Below, in pieces: positions 10,601 to 18,400 of a DNA stretch of 64,000 nt (within the stretch, counting starts at the first letter, position 1; each line of letters begins with the position of its first letter). Source of the stretch: an uncultured bacterium (lineage in GTDB: Bacteria; UBA8481); NCBI GenBank assembly GCA_964499705.1, contig CAZCME010000001.1, positions 385,243 through 449,242 of the forward strand, in the 5' to 3' direction. A program made the translations under genes and the position numbers. The notes beneath the pieces are model-generated. The model was not told where the DNA came from. It saw nothing but the letters and a program-made list of their open reading frames with translations, and did no database searches.

Positions 10601-11874
10601 TGGAACGCGAACTGGAGATGACGCGGCTCGTGGACGCGGAAGCGCGCGGCGCGCGGCTGGAACAGTTTCGGCGGGAGATGCGGGAAACGACGAAAGGATT
10701 CACCCGGACGACGACGGAGCTCGCGGCTCTCGAAGCGAAGATCGACCGTTACATCCAGGAAGCGAAGGACCAGGCCGCGGAGAGGAAGACGCTCGATGCG
10801 GTCATCCGCGGAAAGCTCGATCGGCTCTCCGACGCATACAGGAAACGCCAGGCCACCGGCGTCCTCGAACTCTTCGCCCGCGATTTCCGGGGAGGATGGG
10901 AGAATCTCCGCGTCCAGCTCGACAAGGATTTCGGGCTCTTTTCCTCTCTTATCCTGACGATCCAGCCGATGTTCGTGAACGCGACGGGCGATCGAGCGGA
11001 GGTCGAGTTCGAGTGGAGGAACGAATCGCTGTACAGAAAGGGTGGCGCCGCCGCGAGCCGGACGGGGCGATCGAAGCTGATTTTCGAGAGAGGCATGAGC
11101 GATCAATGGCTGATCATGGATGCGGAGGGTGATCCGTTCCTCGGCATCGGAACCGAGCGGGCTTCCGCGCCGCAGGTCGTTTCAAACTCGCCCGCACAGG
11201 GGCAGTCGAACGTGCCTCCATCGGAGCAGGTGACGGTGGACTTTTCCGAGACGATGGATGCGGCGTCGATCTCCGCGGCGCTCACGATCGAACCGCGCAC
11301 CGATGTGAACCTCGATTACTTCGGATTCAACCTGACGATCCGGCCTCGGACATCCTGGCCGTCGAACGCGTCGATCCGCGTGCGTCTCTCCAGGGAAGCG
11401 ATGAGCGCGTTCGGCATCCCGCTCGACCGGGAACTGGACTTCACGTTCCGCACCGGCGATATTCTGACCGCGCCGCCCCCGCCGCCGCCGACCGTCGCGA
11501 CCGTCACGGGTAACGCATCGCTCTGGCCGTTCGACGGATTTCTCTTTTCGACGCAGAGTACAGTCAACGGCGTCGATCCGATGGGATCCTCCGATTGCGA
11601 TGTCTTCTCCTGGGGAGGCGACGCTCTGCATGGAATGGGCGGAGCAGGGCTCCTGGACATGGGTGCGGGCCGTCTCTCCAGTTTCGCGACGGCTCCGGAA
11701 TCCGGTTACCGGAAGGATCTCCCCGACAGGATGGAGATCGGACATGTGTACATGGTCCAGACCGCCGATATGCGCTTTGCCAAGCTCCTCGTATCGAACT
11801 GCGGACCGCACAGGCAGATCGTTTTCCGTTTCGTTTATCAACCCGACGGCACCCGGAATCTTCCGGGCGAGTAA
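7594..11874 (+). CDS. Giant secreted protein, 1426 aa: helical/coiled-coil body, NTF2-like domain, Big_5-type Ig domain, Pro linker, small C-terminal beta domain
   Basis: Signal peptide; long E/K/R/A-rich helical region; Ig-like motif PQVVSNSPAQGQSNVP..VTVDFSETMD...FTFRTG; APPPPPPT linker. Confidence 0.8.
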   Translation: MAVRYLSLAFLLALTAGGPFLPAEAAESEEPGALDVFFLPAFPPFYDAMLGKIDDLHQICPGTPASDLKLYNNLLKFPGHLVNLLSFANAIDAGDNLDAAISGGLNGAGLLLDVMGASGMENLTVSFGASSAAINLTVIGALVTSLQITYQSYKLAVQNETGRKIESLYGSIERDPHLKTPGRKLGEGEPIRKDAKAREYIWTRILIDSTWRELFQTYVVSELGQDWPQASTWESMKGISAEAKIIEEERRLKGHILALLDQISGYAKAREAAVVDAKKMRELGASGNGSFTPAQLQAALARAGEALKELPRAEEYANHGLDEKVKEFKAEIEKKDATARRILMFRTGVIPGEIKNLRGWARIIQGLPTRGKFGAQREAILKKLEGGYRKLLALINSIPRDKIEELAKVEEKAIEQEALAEHDPWNPQAAVSEAATDNAVMKHFQFKRRKLERKYEDYAGEMRSIVENGEVDERMKSERIIQDARDAAAKLQGEYESDRLDHEKSDYLKKYDEVAEKQGAEMDALNKDLERTNAEIAAAEGRLSTSLYQRRYALLQQIEVLKKEQRILGANLKAVMREVEMYAALDVGEANEIVQRLVNYAEMYRARFANVTALLQSTAADALARVGAFQPPFSLLSKDDVRALRELLAKGGTTYAGTTGNDYLKSKLALDPASTPLTQFRERLKELRDASKAYAEKVAALRIPLEHSIVSPEGGFIGYISQLEKNVVPALQYVEKGEFARQRKLIEDALAEAVRFIEDRHDEIPESFEESYEAMMKNLEEYQAGAKIYTAAFLNPGVSSEEVQTFVKTAEENNRRVSDDLDYINMLYERFWKAELEAGRLVAGMIVASSSHGGDGSLPLLGSEELKDIMSEYRLEEIDVQANLGLGKLLEAPWAVTRTRERMVLIRQKELQDFHARLTAIPPASLNSMIAEARKASSGVDLLMDNRLQRGQECALQLKAIPEYAELGKRIDATLALKRKQAEDERERENKERTTELLKIFELERELEMTRLVDAEARGARLEQFRREMRETTKGFTRTTTELAALEAKIDRYIQEAKDQAAERKTLDAVIRGKLDRLSDAYRKRQATGVLELFARDFRGGWENLRVQLDKDFGLFSSLILTIQPMFVNATGDRAEVEFEWRNESLYRKGGAAASRTGRSKLIFERGMSDQWLIMDAEGDPFLGIGTERASAPQVVSNSPAQGQSNVPPSEQVTVDFSETMDAASISAALTIEPRTDVNLDYFGFNLTIRPRTSWPSNASIRVRLSREAMSAFGIPLDRELDFTFRTGDILTAPPPPPPTVATVTGNASLWPFDGFLFSTQSTVNGVDPMGSSDCDVFSWGGDALHGMGGAGLLDMGAGRLSSFATAPESGYRKDLPDRMEIGHVYMVQTADMRFAKLLVSNCGPHRQIVFRFVYQPDGTRNLPGE

Positions 11875-11877
11875 AAC

Positions 11878-14800
11878 GTGAAATCATCGCCGGCACTTTT
11901 TCTCTGTCTCGCGTTGCTGGCGCCCGCCGCGCACGCCGCGAACGATTCGGACCCGTATTCGTTCATGAGGGGAACTCCGGAGGTGATCGAATCGCTCAGC
12001 TATGACGCGCGGATCCAGTGGGGCGGGAGGCTTCTGACCGTGAGCGAGCTCCGCGCGCTTCCCATCGGCGAGGCGGCCACGACGCAACTCTGGAACAAGC
12101 TCGATCGCGAAAATCGGCTCTTGCTCGTGAACTGCTATATCGGTTATCTCAGTGTGCCGACCAACTTCTTCCAGCATTTCGGTTCGCCCGCTCGCGAGGA
12201 ATTCTCCCGCTTCTGGAAGGAGAATACCGAGGCGCAGAAGCTCATCCGCAGGGGCGCCGAGAAACGCATCGCGCTGCGGTTGTCGCCGAGCGTCACGCAG
12301 GCGCTGGAGGAGCCGCTGCCGGATGTCGGCGCGGCCAGGGAAGGGGTCACGGAAGCGTGCAGGGAGTTGAACGAGCTGCTCACGAAGTCCAGGTCGCTCC
12401 AGAAAGGCATGCAGAATATCGTGGCGCACCTGAAGGAATTGGAGCGGCAGAAGATCGGGCAGGCGTTCACGGCAGCCGAGGGATTTCTCGCGGAGCAATT
12501 CGTCGGAGTCTTCATGGGACCGCTGATCGCGATGGGCGCGGTCGGAGAATTGAGCGGCGTGATCGCGGACGGCATCAATGTCAGCAAGGATTATCTGAAC
12601 GGCCTGGCGAACTCGCCCGACGCGAAGGATTCGAATGCGCGCGAGGATTTTTTCATCAGGGCCGCGAACGGTGTGCAGGAGAAACTGGTCGGCACGCTGG
12701 AGCAGGCCGCGAACGAGTTTCTCGCCAATGTGGATCGGATCGATCTGCTCCGCAGGCAATGCGCGGGGGATGACGAGGATGATGAGGGCCGGGGAAAGCC
12801 GATCGACGTCACGGAGATCGCCTGCATCACGGAGCTGAGAAGCGCACGCGGAGGCGTGGCGGAGTTGCAGAAGATCGTGGAGAAATACTATCCGGAAGGG
12901 CGCTTTCCGCCGGCGAGCATCCTCAAGCTGGTGGAGCAACTGCTGCGCGGGTCCAGGCCCGAGCTTCCCCGGCCCGAAACCGTCGCCCAACCTCCGGGTG
13001 GGAGAGGTGGTGTAGAGACGTCGTCGGAGCCGCCAAGCGGCGAGCCACCCGGAGGCGATGAGCCGACACCCATGGACGAGCCGATCGAGGAGCCGCAGAC
13101 CTGTCCTCCGGGTTTCCAGGCAATCTGGGCCGAACGACAAATCGAGACGGGGCCGTGGGAACGGTATCTCGCCGGTTGCGAGAAGATCGAAGATCCGTCG
13201 CTGGAGGACACCGTCGAGGCGGGATGGGAAGAGGAATGGGAGAATCTCTACGCGGAAGCCGGCGGCGAAGTGGACGGCGAGCCGGAACCGGAGGAGCCGG
13301 AACAATCGTGGGACGAGTGGAAGCGCGGAGGATATCAGCTTCCGAATCAGAAGTTTCCTCATCTCGACTTCGGGGCTCCGGAGTGGCGGCAGTGGAGCTG
13401 GGCGGAAGCGATCGCGATGAGCCGCACGCTCCGGGAGAATCTTCTCAATATCTACTCCACCATGACAATGTTGCGGGAGCAGGTGGAGCGGAGGGAGAAC
13501 GAGATATTCGGTCCGAGCGGGATCATGACGAAGCTTTCCCGCGACCGGCTTGCGGATCCCGCAGTCTTCTCGAAAGCGCAGTCGGACGCGGCGAATGCGG
13601 TCGGCGAGATCCACTTCTCCGTGTCGGGCGTTCTCCGCTTTCTCGACGACGGCAGTGGAGTCCTTGTCGTGCGGTCCGTCGCGGACCTGGAGAATGCGTA
13701 TGCGACGCTCCAGAAGATCCGGTCGGATATCGCGACGAGAGTGCACGCGATGCACCTCGCGGAGGCGGGGCGGCTTAAGAATGAATACGAGCAGGCCCTG
13801 AAGAAATACAGCGAGGAATACGCGAAGAACGAGAAGTGGATCGTGGTCATCAACGGGAACCTGGAGTCGATACTTCCCGCTTCGCAGGGACAGATCGCCG
13901 CGGGCATGAAGCATCCCGCGATCGAGAGGATCGAGTCGAAGGCGTTCGAGACGAGAGAAGCTTCCCTGGACGAACAGATCGACTTCCTCGCCGAGCTCGA
14001 CAGGAGGATCGCGGAATTTCCGGCGATGCTGCAGGCCATCCGCGCGGACCAGGCGAAGGTCATGGCTCTCATGGAGCCAGTCCGATCGAGAATCGACCAG
14101 ATCCGATCGATGACGAGCGCGCTGGAACGGAGCGAATGGCCGGCGCTTCAGGCGATCTACCGCGAGCTGGGGCACGCGGGATCCGAGGACGACGATTTTC
14201 TAGACGCGAGGATCGCGAAGCTGAAGCCGCTCCTGAGGATCGGAAACGCGAAGAACGGATATCGCGTGACGATGGAGTCGCTCATGAAGATGCGGGATAT
14301 TCTCGACGCGAGGCGCGATCTGGCCGCGACGACCGCCGAGCCGCTCCGCGTCGCGATCGTGAAGGCGTGCGCGAGAGATCTCGAGAAGCTCGCGGAGAAG
14401 ATATCGCAGGCGGCGACAACGGAGGAGCTCGACAGGCTTTCGAACCAGGCGAACGCGATCCTGGCGAGACCCTGGGCCAATTCGAATCGCGAGGCCATCG
14501 AGAAACCACTCAACAGGATCCAGGACGAAAAGCTCAAACGCCTCTCGACCCTGGCGCATGTGACGGTTCCTGTTATGAACGAACGAACAGGATCGTTGCC
14601 GGCCGGAACCAGGCAGGTGCTTCTGGAACTGGCTCTCCTGGAGGCTGAAGTCCGGCAGTTGATTCCCGGCTATGACGAACCGACGCGCGCGAAGAGCGCC
14701 GTCGAAAGGGCCGCCGCTCTTCTCCGGAAGCATGATGCCCTGACCGATCCGGCCGCACTCGCCCTCTATTCCGCCATTCGCTCGCGTGCCGCGTGGCTGA

Positions 14801-15435
14801 CGGGCGAAGCGTTGCCGATTCTCGACAAGGACAATACGACCTCGCCCGGTGGTGAATCCAGGCCCGCCAGCGGCGCGCTGTCGATAAAGCGCGAGGAGCG
14901 GATTATCGCGGTCCCGGCAACACCGGAAGCCCAGGCGCCGCCGCGGACAACCGCTCCGTCTTTCCCGGTAGACGTCGAGCAGCTCTGGAACCGGGTGACG
15001 AATGAGGAGCAGCCGAGGATGACGGTGCTGATCGTCTCCCTGGAGCAAGCCTCCTACCGAGCTCTCTACGATCAATTCGTCCGCACCCTGAAGCAGATGA
15101 ACGCCATCGAGAAGACGACCGGAAGCGTGGAGGAAATCACCGCGCCGGGGAATCTCCGGATGCCCGAGACCGAGGAAGAACTGAATCGCGTCGTCGCCCT
15201 GATCGACGAGTTCCTGGCGAAGCGGCAACGGATCATCGCCGACGTCGACGAACTGACCGAAGTGCTCGCCGGCCTCGACGAATTCTTCAGGAAGGTGGAC
15301 GCTCCCTCCGTGAAGCGCGCCGCGGACTATTACCGCGACCGGATCGAAAGCCTCCGTGCACTGGCGGCGCGGGCGAGAAAGGTCCTGGAACCCCTCAGGA
15401 AGGACCTGGAGATCCGCGGAAAAGATGGCGCCTGA
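11878..15435 (+). CDS. Giant secreted helical/coiled-coil protein, 1185 aa, with acidic Pro-rich linker
   Basis: GTG start 3 nt after upstream stop; signal peptide ending AAHA; almost entirely helical composition; P/E/G-rich region at about 12960-13320. Confidence 0.8.
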   Translation: MKSSPALFLCLALLAPAAHAANDSDPYSFMRGTPEVIESLSYDARIQWGGRLLTVSELRALPIGEAATTQLWNKLDRENRLLLVNCYIGYLSVPTNFFQHFGSPAREEFSRFWKENTEAQKLIRRGAEKRIALRLSPSVTQALEEPLPDVGAAREGVTEACRELNELLTKSRSLQKGMQNIVAHLKELERQKIGQAFTAAEGFLAEQFVGVFMGPLIAMGAVGELSGVIADGINVSKDYLNGLANSPDAKDSNAREDFFIRAANGVQEKLVGTLEQAANEFLANVDRIDLLRRQCAGDDEDDEGRGKPIDVTEIACITELRSARGGVAELQKIVEKYYPEGRFPPASILKLVEQLLRGSRPELPRPETVAQPPGGRGGVETSSEPPSGEPPGGDEPTPMDEPIEEPQTCPPGFQAIWAERQIETGPWERYLAGCEKIEDPSLEDTVEAGWEEEWENLYAEAGGEVDGEPEPEEPEQSWDEWKRGGYQLPNQKFPHLDFGAPEWRQWSWAEAIAMSRTLRENLLNIYSTMTMLREQVERRENEIFGPSGIMTKLSRDRLADPAVFSKAQSDAANAVGEIHFSVSGVLRFLDDGSGVLVVRSVADLENAYATLQKIRSDIATRVHAMHLAEAGRLKNEYEQALKKYSEEYAKNEKWIVVINGNLESILPASQGQIAAGMKHPAIERIESKAFETREASLDEQIDFLAELDRRIAEFPAMLQAIRADQAKVMALMEPVRSRIDQIRSMTSALERSEWPALQAIYRELGHAGSEDDDFLDARIAKLKPLLRIGNAKNGYRVTMESLMKMRDILDARRDLAATTAEPLRVAIVKACARDLEKLAEKISQAATTEELDRLSNQANAILARPWANSNREAIEKPLNRIQDEKLKRLSTLAHVTVPVMNERTGSLPAGTRQVLLELALLEAEVRQLIPGYDEPTRAKSAVERAAALLRKHDALTDPAALALYSAIRSRAAWLTGEALPILDKDNTTSPGGESRPASGALSIKREERIIAVPATPEAQAPPRTTAPSFPVDVEQLWNRVTNEEQPRMTVLIVSLEQASYRALYDQFVRTLKQMNAIEKTTGSVEEITAPGNLRMPETEEELNRVVALIDEFLAKRQRIIADVDELTEVLAGLDEFFRKVDAPSVKRAADYYRDRIESLRALAARARKVLEPLRKDLEIRGKDGA

Positions 15436-15510
15436 CGCGCCGATGGATTCGGGATCGATACGGCGGTACAGTTCCACGGCTTGCATTCCGCGTTTGCAGA
15501 AAGGTCCATC

Positions 15511-16956
15511 ATGAGCGATCCCCACCGTTCCCATCCCAATGCGTCCTATTCCTTCACCTTTCGAGTCGAACTGCCGTCGAAACCCGGAACCTTCGCGCGC
15601 CTCGCGGCCATCATCGGCAAAGCGGGCGGCGATCTCGGCGCCATTGACCTTGTCGCCACTTCGCCGCTTGGAACGGTGCGCGATGTCACGGTCGCCGCCG
15701 GCAATGAAACGCATGCCAGGCGGATTCTTGCCGCCATCAGGGCGCAGAAGAGATTCCGCATCGTCAATGTTTCGGACCGGACTTTTCTGCTGCACCTGGG
15801 GGGGAAGCTGTCCGTGGAGAATCGCAAGCCTCTCGTCACGCGCGACGATCTCTCCATGGCCTACACGCCGGGCGTGGCGCGCATCTGCGCCGCGATCCAC
15901 GAGAATCCGAAGGCGGCCTGGTCGCTGACGATCAAGGGTTCGACCGTCGCGGTGGTCTCCGATGGCACGGCCGTTCTGGGCCTTGGCGATATCGGGCCCG
16001 AGGCCGCGATGCCGGTGATGGAAGGAAAGGCGATGCTCTTCAAGGAATTTGGAGGCGTCAACGCGTTTCCGATCTGCCTGAACACGAGGAGCGTGGACGA
16101 GATCGTGGATATTGTGGCCGCTCTCGCGCCCACTTTCGGCGGTATTAATCTGGAGGACATCAGCGCGCCCCGGTGTTTCGAGATCGAGGAGCGCCTGAAG
16201 AAGCGGCTCGACATTCCGGTCTTCCACGATGACCAGCACGGCACCGCCGTCGTGGTGCTGGCCGCGCTTCACAACGCATGCCGCGTCGTGAAGAAGAACC
16301 TGCGCGAACTGAAGGTTGTGGTGACGGGCGTCGGCGCCGCGGGTGTGGCGTGCTCGAAGATCCTTCGTCACGCCGGAGTCCGCAACATCCTGGGTTTCGA
16401 CCGCGCCGGCGTCCTGTATCGGGGGCGCGTGGAGCACATGAACGACGCGAAGATCGCCTACGCCCGCATGACCAATCCGGCCAATTTCACCGGATCGCTC
16501 CGGGATGCGCTGAAAGGCGCTGATCTTTTACTCGGTCTCTCTGGGCCCGGCACTCTGGAGCCGAAGTGGTTGAGGCACATGGCTCGCCAGGCCATGGTCT
16601 TCGTGATGGCGAATCCGACGCCGGAAATCATGCCCGAGGAGATTCCGGGCAACATTCGCATCGTGGCGACAGGGCGGAGCGACTACCCCAACCAGATCAA
16701 CAACGTGCTCTGCTTCCCCGGAATCTTCAAGGGCGCTCTCTCGGTGCATGCCCGCGAGATCAACGAACGGATGAAACTGGCGGCCGCCCGCGCCATCGCG
16801 GAGATCGTGAGGAGAGACGGCGTTTCGCCGGAATACATCGTACCGAGCGTATTCGACCGGCGCGTGGCCGAGCGGGTGGCGGTGGCCACGGCCCGAGCCG
16901 CCATCGCCACAGGCGCCGCCCGTCGCATACCCAAGGCCGCGAATCCGTTGAGGTGA
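15511..16956 (+). CDS. NAD(P)-dependent malic enzyme with N-terminal ACT domain
   Basis: Motifs DDLSMAYTPGVA, VSDGTAVLGLGDIGP, GGINLEDI, FHDDQHGTA, GVGAAG, TGRSDYPNQINN; ACT-like N-terminus (KPGTFARL..IGKAGGDL); ATG 15511 preceded by GAAAGG. Confidence 0.93.
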   Translation: MSDPHRSHPNASYSFTFRVELPSKPGTFARLAAIIGKAGGDLGAIDLVATSPLGTVRDVTVAAGNETHARRILAAIRAQKRFRIVNVSDRTFLLHLGGKLSVENRKPLVTRDDLSMAYTPGVARICAAIHENPKAAWSLTIKGSTVAVVSDGTAVLGLGDIGPEAAMPVMEGKAMLFKEFGGVNAFPICLNTRSVDEIVDIVAALAPTFGGINLEDISAPRCFEIEERLKKRLDIPVFHDDQHGTAVVVLAALHNACRVVKKNLRELKVVVTGVGAAGVACSKILRHAGVRNILGFDRAGVLYRGRVEHMNDAKIAYARMTNPANFTGSLRDALKGADLLLGLSGPGTLEPKWLRHMARQAMVFVMANPTPEIMPEEIPGNIRIVATGRSDYPNQINNVLCFPGIFKGALSVHAREINERMKLAAARAIAEIVRRDGVSPEYIVPSVFDRRVAERVAVATARAAIATGAARRIPKAANPLR

Positions 16957-17031
16957 ATCCTGATCATCAGGATGGAGCCGGAACAGCTCGAGCGCGGATT
17001 TTACGGTGCGCCGCGATCAACGCCTGTTGAC

Positions 17032-17586
17032 TCAACCCGAAGCGCGCGCCAATTCAGCCACGAGCCGTTTCACTTCCGCCGCTGTGCGGCGCATCAGGCC
17101 CGCGCGAAAGCCGAGCTCGGCGATGACGCCTCCGAGATCCATGCGGCCCCGCTTTACCTTGAGGCGCGCGGACGTTTCCTTCTGCTGCGCCAGGAGCTGA
17201 CGGACCTGGCGGAGGACCGGGTGCTCCGCCATGGAAGGAGTTTGTTTTTCGAGGAGAAGCAGCCCCTGCGCCAGGCTGTCTTCGGCGGATTCGCGGAGGA
17301 TGTTGGACGCGATGATGGTGTCCTTGTGATTCAGGAAGAACGTGAAGTTCGTGTAGAAATCAGGACGTCGGCCGAGCGACTGTTCAAGTTCCTCCGCGCT
17401 GGCGACTAATCCGTCCGCTCCGGACCGAAGCGCCTGAATAGGAGAAGTGCGCGACGGCGGGGCCATCGACGACGCGTTACGGACCTCGCTGCGGCGATAC
17501 GCTCCCGCGGGACCGGCTGCCGCGAAGGTCAGCACCGGCAGAAGCAGGCCGATCAGGATGATTAATGTTGTATATCGCGCGCGCAC
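17032..17586 (-). CDS. Hypothetical exported helical protein
   Basis: ORF fills the gap between neighbours; probable GTG start gives a signal peptide (LIILIGLLLPVLTFA). Confidence 0.55.
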   Translation of the reverse strand: MRARYTTLIILIGLLLPVLTFAAAGPAGAYRRSEVRNASSMAPPSRTSPIQALRSGADGLVASAEELEQSLGRRPDFYTNFTFFLNHKDTIIASNILRESAEDSLAQGLLLLEKQTPSMAEHPVLRQVRQLLAQQKETSARLKVKRGRMDLGGVIAELGFRAGLMRRTAAEVKRLVAELARASG

Positions 17587-17726
17587 GATGATCGCTCCAT
17601 CGAGAAAAATCACACAGCGCGCCGTTAACACCAGAGCACGCTCTCGTGAATTATCGGCCGTCAGGCGGCGCGAGTAAAGCCCGGGAAACGAGTCGCCGAT
17701 ACTGTAAAACAGGTTATGCTTCGCTC

Positions 17727-18386
17727 ATGTCTTCAAGAGCTCGTCGCGATCTGTCTCTCATCTTCCTCACCGCTCTGGGCGTGCAGTTGATCTGCCGCTA
17801 TTTCCCGCATGTCTGGCTATGGCATGATCACTTCCACGGGCTCCGATTTGCTCTTCGCCTGCTGACGCCGCTCGCGCTTGCGTTCGCCCTGGGTTGGTCT
17901 GCGGCAGACCTGGGGCTTTCGCGGCCACGCCTCGACCGCGGATCGCTCCTGTTCATCCTGGCGTGCGTTATCCTGATATGCGGCGTGATCCCCGTGATCC
18001 GTTTGGCTCCCGATTACCTGGCGCGGTATGCGACATGGCGGAATGCCGCCGTTCCACTGGCCGTTCGCCTGGAACAATTCTCGCTCTTTACCATTTCGTC
18101 GCTGCTCGGGTGGGAGTTTCTGCATCGGGGATTTCTCCTCTTCGGCCTGCGCCGCGCATGCGCGATGGGCGGGATACCGGAGGATCTGTCACGCCATATG
18201 GCCGTCTGCGTCACGGCGACCTTCGAAGTGCTATTCCACTTCACAAAACCCGGAATGGAGGCCGCCGGCATGTTGCTGGCCTCGCCGCTTCTCTCCATCG
18301 CGGCTTTCAGGACAGGGAGCCTCTGGGTGCCGCTTGGTCTTCACCTGATGATCGAGGGCCTGTTCTTTCTCGTGATTTCATCATGA
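17727..18386 (+). CDS. CPBP (type II CAAX/Abi) family intramembrane protease
   Basis: Multiple TM helices; motifs WEFLHRG, FxxxxH (FEVLFH), RTGSLW...H. Confidence 0.8.
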   Translation: MSSRARRDLSLIFLTALGVQLICRYFPHVWLWHDHFHGLRFALRLLTPLALAFALGWSAADLGLSRPRLDRGSLLFILACVILICGVIPVIRLAPDYLARYATWRNAAVPLAVRLEQFSLFTISSLLGWEFLHRGFLLFGLRRACAMGGIPEDLSRHMAVCVTATFEVLFHFTKPGMEAAGMLLASPLLSIAAFRTGSLWVPLGLHLMIEGLFFLVISS

Positions 18387-18400
18387 GGAGTTGCCTGGAA

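Noticed and set aside
11884-16437. Long minus-strand ORFs (763 aa and 745 aa)
   Set aside because: Antisense shadows of plus-strand genes in GC-rich DNA; no recognisable motifs
16972-17409. 145-aa plus-strand ORF
   Set aside because: Antisense to the more plausible signal-peptide-bearing minus-strand gene
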